The notes under the pieces were generated by a model, which saw only the letters and a program-made list of their open reading frames with translations, was not told the origin of the DNA and ran no database searches. From positions 960,001-992,000 of the forward strand of contig CP066689.1 in assembly GCA_016432445.1 (NCBI GenBank): a stretch of 32,000 nucleotides of DNA, written 5' to 3'. This DNA comes from Candidatus Saccharimonadota bacterium (GTDB lineage Bacteria > Patescibacteriota > Microgenomatia > UBA1406 > GWC2-37-13). Numbering within the stretch: the stretch's first letter is position 1; every line of letters begins with the position of its first letter. The position numbers and the translations under genes were made by a program. Positions 6,136 to 12,763 of the stretch are shown piece by piece.

Positions 6136-8916
6136 TCACTTTCTAAACCAATCAATAATCATCTCAAGGATAGTTCGTTGAGTTGAGGTTCCTTCAACCT
6201 CTGAAGACGAGCTTGGAGATGGACTAATCTGAGTATTGCCGCTTGGTGTGCTAACCATATCCCAATCATCAGGCTTTTTTGTCGGCTGCATTTTTTTCTC
6301 ATACTCCTCTACTCCTTTAGCAAAGCAAGACTGCATAACATCTCCTGAAATCGGAGTTGTGAGCATCTCCCCTGCCATTAATTTTCTAAACACTTCAGCA
6401 CCCAAAGCTTGTCTCAAACAATCTTTACTTTCTTGAGGCATTTGGTTGACATTTTGTAAAAGCTTGCCTATATCGCCTTGAATGGTTGGGCCGGAAGTTT
6501 GAAATTCTTTAATCACCACATTCTTACAGGCTTCGGCATTGGCCGGATTCTGGCAGAAAGTTTTACATTCTTCTACCGTGGTACAGACAGCGCCGCCTCC
6601 GGTTTTTTTTGGTTTTCCCTCAATATTCGGAGGCTCGATCCCTGCTCTTTCCATAAACGCATCGCACTCATCTTTGTGAGTATTGCAATAAGCGTCGCAC
6701 TCAGTCTTGCTTTTACATCCACCGGGACCGCCATTTTGCAAAAACGGAGCCACTTTTTGTGCTTCTTTCGCTTCTTCCTCGGAAATAAGTCCTGCGCCTC
6801 TTGCGAAACTTATACACTCAGCGCTTCTTGAGGAATCAGAACAATAGGATTGACATTGTTTTGGGGTTTTGCATTCCCCTGGAGTTTGGGAACCAGATGA
6901 CAAAATACTAAGCACTTTTTTGGATTTGGAAAGCTCATCGGCACTCATCAAATTATTCTTTTCAGCATAATCTAAACAAACATTCAGATTTTCTGGTTTA
7001 TCACAATAGCTAGCGCAGTTTTCTTGACTGTTACAACCTCCCGGCCCGCTTTTGACTTGAGTTGCATTTCTAATCCTTTCGGCCTCTTCGCGAGCCATAA
7101 ATCCGTTTTTAACCGCGTACTCATTGCAAGCGCTAACATTTTCAGGCATATCGCAGTATTTTTGACAATCGGCTTTATCTTTACAGCTGCCAAGTTCTGC
7201 AATCGGATAACTTAAGTTGTCAATAACAGATTGTTTTTTATCAACCGGAGTCGGCGTTGGAGAAGTGATATTCGGCATCGGCGTATTTGTGGGAACAGTG
7301 GTTGCGGTTGGTAATACAGGAGTTAAAGTTGGAGTTGGGGTAAGAACCGGAAGATCGCCGAATTTTGTGTTGTTACCACCATTACTCTCTTCCAAAACCT
7401 CGGGTCTGTTGACCGTGGCCCAATAAGTAACCGCAGAATATGGAGGCTGGCCAAAAGCAGTCAGAGTCATTGTTTCCCCGGATTCAAGTACTGTATCTGG
7501 AGGAATATTTAATTTTGTTTTACTAACTTCTCCGCCTCCACTGTCTCGCCAAATAAACTGAGCTGTAACATAACCTCCCCTAGCGTTAGCAAAGACCGCT
7601 CTCGTTGCCCTTTCGTTATTTTTAATCTTCATTGTTGGCGCCCGAGTTTTTGCATCAAAAGATAAACTTTCTATTGTTAAATCCGGCAAAGGCGAGGTGG
7701 TTGGGGTTGGGGTGGCAGTTGGAATTGGAATTCGCATCATCGGAAGAGAGTTATTTGCAAGTGTTCTTTCTACAAGATTATCTGGTTCAACATTTGCCTG
7801 AAAGGAAACCATATTGGCTGATAAAGAAGGAAGCCTTACTGTCATTGATTGCGCAGGGCTCAATTCCCGTTGAAAGTATCTTAAGTATTGCTGCGAACAG
7901 TTCCTGATGTATTGATTATTAGTATCACGGCAATGAATTGCGACTTTTACTGAAGGAAAGTTAACAAATATTGCTGAATACTCTCCTATATTGGAAACTA
8001 CTACTTCCGGCTCACCATTGATAATGGTCGCGCTATCAATCTTTAAATCAACCATTGGTATTCGAGTTGGCGTTGGCGTTGGAGTGGCAGTCGGCACGAT
8101 GCAGGTTACTTCGGCCGCTTGAGACGGAGGCGATTCACTCCTATGATCGGATGATCTCCAAGTATATTGAGCTCTAATCTTAACATTAGGAAGAATACGA
8201 TCAGTAACCATAGAAGTATTCGGTGTCTCACGGTAAACGAAAGCGGGGCCTGTAGCTTTGTCAAATGCGAAAAAGTAATAGTTCCATGCTGAAGGCTGAC
8301 TCGACCAACGCCAATTTATAGAAAAAAAACCAGTTTCAGGATTGTAAGGGCCGCAGGTTCCTGTTGGAGCTTGAGGTCGGGAAAGAGCTATAGTAGGCCA
8401 AAGAGTCGGGGTTATAGTTGGCGTTGGTGTTAGAGACGGAGTTAAAGTCGGAGTTGGCGTGTATGTTGGTGAACGCGTTGGGGTGGGTTGTTGAGTGGGG
8501 GTTGGCTGCGAACTGCTACAGGTAATCGTTGAAGTATCTGACCAAGGTGAAAGATTGGTGTAATCGGTGGTCGAACGGAAACGTCCTGAAATTAGCCTAT
8601 CAGCTGGTATGTTATAAACTCGAAACGAATTACCCATAGTAATGGGGCCACCAATCCATTGATTGGCATACCAAGTATTAGTTGCTTGGTCAAAAACTTG
8701 AAGCTGATAGTCTATGATGCCATCTTGGTAAGTAGACATAAGCCACCAAGTCATAAATTCCCAATTTCCCTGATTATTCTTAACATATTGACATAGTGCT
8801 TGCGGCGCCGGAGGTTTGCCAAGAACCGGAGTTGGTGAAACAGCGTTGACGATACTGCTGTTTCTTATAAAAAGCAAAGAAAAAAAGACGATAATAATTA
8901 TCGGTATTTTTTTCAT
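6136..8916 (-). CDS. secreted modular adhesin-like protein (signal peptide, PT linkers, CARDB-like modules, five 4-Cys repeats)
   Basis: 926-aa ORF. N-terminal MKKIPIIIIVFFSLLFIRNSSIVNA. PT-rich linkers. Two modules ending in D/E..E..NN-like strings (VEPDNLVERTLANN, VNRPEVLEESNGGNN) typical of CARDB. C-terminal Cys repeats. Confidence 0.85.
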   Translation of the reverse strand: MKKIPIIIIVFFSLLFIRNSSIVNAVSPTPVLGKPPAPQALCQYVKNNQGNWEFMTWWLMSTYQDGIIDYQLQVFDQATNTWYANQWIGGPITMGNSFRVYNIPADRLISGRFRSTTDYTNLSPWSDTSTITCSSSQPTPTQQPTPTRSPTYTPTPTLTPSLTPTPTITPTLWPTIALSRPQAPTGTCGPYNPETGFFSINWRWSSQPSAWNYYFFAFDKATGPAFVYRETPNTSMVTDRILPNVKIRAQYTWRSSDHRSESPPSQAAEVTCIVPTATPTPTPTRIPMVDLKIDSATIINGEPEVVVSNIGEYSAIFVNFPSVKVAIHCRDTNNQYIRNCSQQYLRYFQRELSPAQSMTVRLPSLSANMVSFQANVEPDNLVERTLANNSLPMMRIPIPTATPTPTTSPLPDLTIESLSFDAKTRAPTMKIKNNERATRAVFANARGGYVTAQFIWRDSGGGEVSKTKLNIPPDTVLESGETMTLTAFGQPPYSAVTYWATVNRPEVLEESNGGNNTKFGDLPVLTPTPTLTPVLPTATTVPTNTPMPNITSPTPTPVDKKQSVIDNLSYPIAELGSCKDKADCQKYCDMPENVSACNEYAVKNGFMAREEAERIRNATQVKSGPGGCNSQENCASYCDKPENLNVCLDYAEKNNLMSADELSKSKKVLSILSSGSQTPGECKTPKQCQSYCSDSSRSAECISFARGAGLISEEEAKEAQKVAPFLQNGGPGGCKSKTECDAYCNTHKDECDAFMERAGIEPPNIEGKPKKTGGGAVCTTVEECKTFCQNPANAEACKNVVIKEFQTSGPTIQGDIGKLLQNVNQMPQESKDCLRQALGAEVFRKLMAGEMLTTPISGDVMQSCFAKGVEEYEKKMQPTKKPDDWDMVSTPSGNTQISPSPSSSSEVEGTSTQRTILEMIIDWFRK
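6520..7195 (-). repeat. five tandem protein-level repeats of a 4-Cys motif
   Basis: The five repeats are CKDKADCQKYCDMPENVSAC, CNSQENCASYCDKPENLNVC, CKTPKQCQSYCSDSSRSAEC, CKSKTECDAYCNTHKDEC and CTTVEECKTFCQNPANAEAC. Most are followed by an acidic helix-like segment (..EEA..). Confidence 0.75.
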
Positions 8917-9155
8917 CTGAAAGGATTAGTTTTAACATCTTTAAAGGGATTTGTCTTGGTTTCAAAAGGATTGGTTTTTAGAGGTTCTTTTGTAGGAGCA
9001 GCTATTTCTTTATTAACTGGATTCGCTTCTCTTTTCTTAAATTGATTGTACACATAAAACGAAACCAGAGCCAAAATTAAAATAACAACCGCAATAATTA
9101 TGTAAAGAAGACTTCTTTTATTTTTCAGTTTTTGTATTATCTCCATAATCTCCAC
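8913..9155 (-). CDS. small membrane protein with C-terminal KTNPF repeats
   Basis: 80-aa ORF with a GTG at 9155. ATG at 9146 is preceded by GGAG and is the more likely start. TM helix LLYIIIAVVILILALVSFYVY. Three KTNPF repeats. The stop overlaps the next gene's start (ATGA). Confidence 0.6.
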   Translation of the reverse strand: MEIMEIIQKLKNKRSLLYIIIAVVILILALVSFYVYNQFKKREANPVNKEIAAPTKEPLKTNPFETKTNPFKDVKTNPFR

Positions 9156-9200
9156 TAAACTTCATCCTACGACTCTCTTCAAAGAAAGTCAAATTCTTCT

Positions 9201-9208
9201 TGTATAAT
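9201..9208 (+). promoter_or_regulatory. extended -10 box TGTATAAT of ychF, leaderless layout
   Basis: TATAAT at 9203-9208, 6 nt, ATG at 9215. Confidence 0.5.
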
Positions 9209-9214
9209 ACTGTA

Positions 9215-10348
9215 ATGAAACTATCAATTGGAATTGTTGGATTGCCAAATGTTGGGAAATCCACACTTTTTAATGCCCTTCTAAAAAAACAGCAGGCTTT
9301 GGCGGCGAATTATCCTTTTGCTACAATCGAACCTAATATTGGAGTTGTTCCTGTGCCTGACGAACGGTTGGATAAACTAGCTGAAGTGGAAAAGCAAGAA
9401 CACAAAATGGATAAACTTCCACCAAAAGTGCCAGCAACGGTTAAATTTGTCGACATTGCCGGACTTGTAAAAGGCGCAGCTACAGGAGCCGGACTTGGGA
9501 ATAAATTTTTATCCCATATCCGTGAAGTTTCAGCCATAGCTCACGTTGTTCGCGCTTTTGAAGATGAAGATGTTCCCAGATATGAAGAAGCTCGCCCGCT
9601 AACGCCTGAGCGTAGCGATGGCGAGCGGGGCAGTGTTGATCCTAAAACCGATTATGAGATTATAAAAACCGAACTAATTTTAGCCGATCTTCAAACATTA
9701 GAAAATTCAAAACGCAAAACTCAAAACCCACAACCCATAACTCAAAAACTCATAGATGCTTTGAATAAAGGCATTCCTGCCCGTGATATTGAACTTAGCG
9801 ATGATGAACAAAAGTTTGCAGATCAATTATTTTTACTTTCTGCAAAAGAAGAGATAATCGTTTTAAATGTTTCAGAAAATGAGTACACTGAAGAAAAAAT
9901 TCCAGAGTTTATTAAAAAATATTCTGAGATTTTAGAAGTCCCTCAAGAAAAATTCACTGTCATTTCAGCCAAAATTGAGTCGGAACTCTCAGCTTTATCT
10001 GAGGAAGAACAAAAAGAATATTTAAAAGAATTGGGGCTTTCACAATCAGGTTTGGAAAGACTAATAAAAAAAGCTTATGAGACTTTGGGATTAATCTCTT
10101 TTTTAACAGCAGGAGAAAAAGAAGTGCGGGCTTGGACCATCACCAAAGGAATGACTGCTCCTCAAGCCGCCGGTGTAATACACACTGATTTTGAAAAACA
10201 TTTCATCAAAGCCGATATTGTTCCTTTCTCTCAATTTGTGGAAACAAACGGATGGATTAAAGCCCGGGAACTGGGAAAAATCCAAATCGTTGGCCGCGAT
10301 TATGAGATGAAAGATGGAGATGTAGTGGAGTTTAAGGTGGGAGTTTAA
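9215..10348 (+). CDS. ychF: redox-regulated ATPase YchF
   Basis: [24 protein letters not shown]-loop. [14 protein letters not shown]-terminal TGS-like ...[33 protein letters not shown]...DGDVVEFKV. Start set at ATG 9215; the track's TTG at 9200 lies inside the promoter. Confidence 0.95.
   Translation: MKLSIGIVGLPNVGKSTLFNALLKKQQALAANYPFATIEPNIGVVPVPDERLDKLAEVEKQEHKMDKLPPKVPATVKFVDIAGLVKGAATGAGLGNKFLSHIREVSAIAHVVRAFEDEDVPRYEEARPLTPERSDGERGSVDPKTDYEIIKTELILADLQTLENSKRKTQNPQPITQKLIDALNKGIPARDIELSDDEQKFADQLFLLSAKEEIIVLNVSENEYTEEKIPEFIKKYSEILEVPQEKFTVISAKIESELSALSEEEQKEYLKELGLSQSGLERLIKKAYETLGLISFLTAGEKEVRAWTITKGMTAPQAAGVIHTDFEKHFIKADIVPFSQFVETNGWIKARELGKIQIVGRDYEMKDGDVVEFKVGV
9590..9626. repeat. 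G+C-rich 37-nt palindromic insert, in frame within ychF
   Basis: GCTCGCC-CGCTA-a-CGC-ctga-GCG-TAGCG-at-GGCGAGC gives nested 7+5+3 bp stems. It encodes part of the extra segment [14 protein letters not shown], which lies between FEDED and VDP. As I recall the family, only about 7 residues usually sit there. Confidence 0.6.
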
Positions 10349-10356
10349 AATCAGTT

Positions 10357-11748
10357 TTAGGACAAAGACTCATTTGCTAATTTTTTAACTTCGGGAATCG
10401 CCATAACTGCTACTTTTGGCTTAGGAGGAAACATTTCATAATATCTGCTACCTGAAGTCTGCAGTGGTCTATTCCTTAATGAATCTTGTGAATGGTTAAT
10501 CTTAACAATAGCCTCTGGAGTTAAGTTTACTCTCATTTCATACGAAGAAGCAGCTACAGATTGTCCTTGTAATACTTCCCAGAAAGTAACAGTAACACCA
10601 GGTATTACTGTAGGAAATGTCATCTCGCCTATTCGATGGTGAGATTTTAAAGCCTCTTGATGAAGTAAAATAAGAGGATCAGTAGGTTCTCCGTTAACAT
10701 TGGCTATTACACCTAATTTATCTATTAAAGTCTTCATCACGAAATCTCCATTTCCAGGAGAAGTTTGAATCGACAGTGGATATCTGCGATGCCCGCCATA
10801 TTTACGGTCATATCCAAAAAGATAATCAACTACTTCTTTAGCAATATCTTTATCAGTTGTTCCATCTTTTCTCCTTTTATTTCTGTACTGAAACTCCCTT
10901 CGAATATCTTCTTCAAAATACGCCAGTGTGTTACGTTTACTGGCTAACCTGTCACCTATGATATCGCACTCGCTTCTTCTATAAGGATCCTCTAGATAAA
11001 CTTGACCAACCGCACCTATTAAATCATTGATTGCCCCATCTATCCGAACTAGAGGATTTGAAGACTCTCCCGTATCTACCTCATCAGTTGAGTGTTTCAT
11101 ACTCATATCTACGGCTTCAAAAAACATTGTTTGATCTTTCTGATCTCCTACCTTAAAACTGACACAAGGAATGGATCTGCTGAAAAATGACTCTGCAGTG
11201 CGATGAGCTACCTCATTAACTACTTCTTGATAGTCTGTATTTAGATTATTTAGTTTCCAGTTTTCTATTAGAGCGTTAGGATCCCCCGGTTCTTTTTGAT
11301 CAAAAGAAGGCAATTTCGGCCGATTGACTGGGTTTAAACTATCAAGTTGTCTTCTGAAATAATATTCGTTAGCATCATAACTTGGATAAAAAGCTAACCC
11401 AATTATTCCATGTTCTGCCGATACTCCAAGATACATTTTTAAATCCGCCGTATCTGTTCGGGCGGCACTATACATTCCTTCTGTATTAAGGGGAAGTTTT
11501 TTTATAATCGCCGTATTCAGAATAACCAGATCACAGTCTGCGTCTCCTTTTCTACTTTTTCCTCTGGCTTTTGTTTCACGAATGGCAGTACAAAAACTTC
11601 TGCCCTGACTTTCTGCTTTTTCTTCCTCACCCAGCAAAAATTTAATTAACCCCTTGTTGTTTTCTGGAGATTTTGGTTTTTCAAGAAATGTCTTAATCTC
11701 TTTAGAGAAAGGAGAAATAGACTTAGTTTGTCCTGGTTCAGGTTCCAT
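10357..11748 (-). CDS. orphan 463-aa cytoplasmic protein, no family recognised
   Basis: Long ORF. The track start (TTG 11784) is actually the -35 hexamer of its promoter. ATG 11748 (MEPEPGQ...) sits 6 nt after a TATCAT box. Confidence 0.8.
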   Translation of the reverse strand: MEPEPGQTKSISPFSKEIKTFLEKPKSPENNKGLIKFLLGEEEKAESQGRSFCTAIRETKARGKSRKGDADCDLVILNTAIIKKLPLNTEGMYSAARTDTADLKMYLGVSAEHGIIGLAFYPSYDANEYYFRRQLDSLNPVNRPKLPSFDQKEPGDPNALIENWKLNNLNTDYQEVVNEVAHRTAESFFSRSIPCVSFKVGDQKDQTMFFEAVDMSMKHSTDEVDTGESSNPLVRIDGAINDLIGAVGQVYLEDPYRRSECDIIGDRLASKRNTLAYFEEDIRREFQYRNKRRKDGTTDKDIAKEVVDYLFGYDRKYGGHRRYPLSIQTSPGNGDFVMKTLIDKLGVIANVNGEPTDPLILLHQEALKSHHRIGEMTFPTVIPGVTVTFWEVLQGQSVAASSYEMRVNLTPEAIVKINHSQDSLRNRPLQTSGSRYYEMFPPKPKVAVMAIPEVKKLANESLS

Positions 11749-11754
11749 GAGTCT

Positions 11755-11784
11755 ATGATATATAAAATTTATAGTCTTTGTCAA
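11755..11784 (-). promoter_or_regulatory. sigma70-like promoter, leaderless layout
   Basis: Minus strand: TTGACA (11784-11779), 18-nt spacer, TATCAT (11760-11755), 6 nt, ATG 11748. Confidence 0.55.
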
Positions 11785-11798
11785 GCATCAACATCCCC

Positions 11799-11827
11799 TT
11801 GACTTTATCTGGTAGATTTCTTAATAT
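11799..11827 (+). promoter_or_regulatory. sigma70-like promoter firing into the gene-poor island
   Basis: TTGACT (11799-11804), 17-nt spacer, TAATAT (11822-11827). Back-to-back with the 11755-11784 promoter. Confidence 0.55.
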
Positions 11828-11947
11828 ATCTTCTAGCCTTATAGCAAAGGCTTTATTTATGACACTGAGATAAAAATAAATCATCCAAAAAGCTAAGATG
11901 ACTTAATTTTCATCGCACTTTTACAAATTTAGTTAGTTACAAAAAAT

Positions 11948-12002
11948 CTGAAGGCAGATTATTTTGGTAGGACAATGTCCTATTAAGATAATCTGTCTTC
12001 AG
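11948..12002 (+). other. 55-nt near-perfect RNA hairpin
   Basis: CTGAAGGCAGATTAT (11948-11962) pairs with ATAATCTGTCTTCAG (11988-12002): 15 bp including one G-U that is only valid on the plus-strand RNA. Inner stem TAGGAC-aat-GTCCTA. Confidence 0.6.
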
Positions 12003-12037
12003 GTTGAAGATAGAAATATATTTTCGGAGGTACAAGT

Positions 12038-12151
12038 ATGATCAACCCGCCGAATTATTTCACGGGCCACTGTCGTGTGGTTGATGATGATGTGAGGCTC
12101 CATTTGGGCAGTTACTCGGAGCTTCTGTTTTCGGCAAAATTCTGCCATTAG
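12038..12151 (+). CDS. candidate micro-ORF (37 aa) with a canonical SD
   Basis: GGAGG at 12026-12030, 7 nt, ATG 12038. Own translation: MINPPNYFTGHCRVVDDDVRLHLGSYSELLFSAKFCH, then TAG. Not in the ORF track because it is too short. Confidence 0.3.
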   Translation: MINPPNYFTGHCRVVDDDVRLHLGSYSELLFSAKFCH

Positions 12152-12279
12152 AGCAGACGCCGACTTGGATCAAATCCAAATCCGAGAACTTACCCATCAA
12201 ACGGTTGAACAGGACATGACTTCGGTTAAGTTCTGCTCGACTCATCGTCCGTAACCCAATTTTTAAGGAGGTAAAGAAC

Positions 12280-12465
12280 ATGACGGCAAACACTGTTCCT
12301 CGAGTTGTCACAACCACACGAAGAACGACGATCGGGTCTACCGTCGAGTGTCTGGGCCATCAAGAAGCTACCCATGGTCAAGCTGACGCTGTTTCTACGG
12401 ACACCACCAAGAAGGGAACTTCACCCACCGGCTACGCGTGCCATCGCCCTGTTCGCCGCGTCTGA
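12280..12465 (+). CDS. candidate small protein (61 aa, Thr/Arg-rich) with a canonical SD
   Basis: AAGGAGG at 12265-12271, 8 nt, ATG 12280. Track ORF MTANTVPRVVTTTRRTTIGSTVECLGHQ.... The composition is not typical of a folded protein. Confidence 0.35.
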   Translation: MTANTVPRVVTTTRRTTIGSTVECLGHQEATHGQADAVSTDTTKKGTSPTGYACHRPVRRV

Positions 12466-12616
12466 CCACTCTGGCTCTTGAGGTGGTTTTCCGCGCACAT
12501 GCCTAGTTGCACGCGATCGTTGGACAGGAACACATCTTGTGTTCTATTCGAAAGGATGGCGATGCCTCTGAAATGGTCATAATCGTAGAAGTTCGTAACA
12601 ACTAAGCCAAGACACC

Positions 12617-12750
12617 GGAGCGGGGGTCAAAGAGAGTATTCGGGGCTTCCCACAAGGTAGCCGCCACTAATACGATGAAGCCAACCAGCTTCTCGCCTCA
12701 GACGACATTCGTCTTTAATACTACACTCTCTCCCCGCTCCCCATTTTTTT
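12617..12750 (+). ncRNA. structured RNA element (four-way junction) ending in a U-tract, class unknown
   Basis: Closing helix GGAGCGGGG-gtcaa-AGAGAGT (12617-12637) pairs with ACTCTCTCCCCGCTCC (12725-12740). Internal hairpins: 12644-12662 (GGCT/AGCC), 12677-12692 (GAAGC/GCTTC) and 12700-12714 (AGACGA/TCGTCT). T7 run at 12744-12750. Confidence 0.45.
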
Positions 12751-12763
12751 ATCCTTTTTAAAT

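Noticed and set aside
12060-12317. 85-aa minus-strand ORF in the G+C-rich island.
   Set aside because: It has no SD or promoter. It overlaps both plus-strand SD-led ORFs, and the strand-diagnostic G-U pair and the U-tract favour plus-strand expression. It is probably a chance ORF in G+C-richer sequence.
12478-12500. T-box-like string GAGGTGGTTTTCCGCGC.
   Set aside because: It only loosely resembles the T-box core (GGGUGGnACCGCG) and has extra U residues. No specifier hairpin was recognised and no aminoacyl-tRNA synthetase or amino-acid gene lies downstream.
11790-12760. Known large RNAs (RNase P, tmRNA, group II intron) as the identity of the G+C-rich island.
   Set aside because: No RNase P P4 consensus strings were seen. 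GTGTG occurs at 12075, but no 34-nt domain-V-like hairpin with an AGC triad and GNRA loop lies near the 3' end. GGGGGTCAAAG at 12622 superficially resembles a tmRNA T-loop but lacks the adjacent complementary arm.
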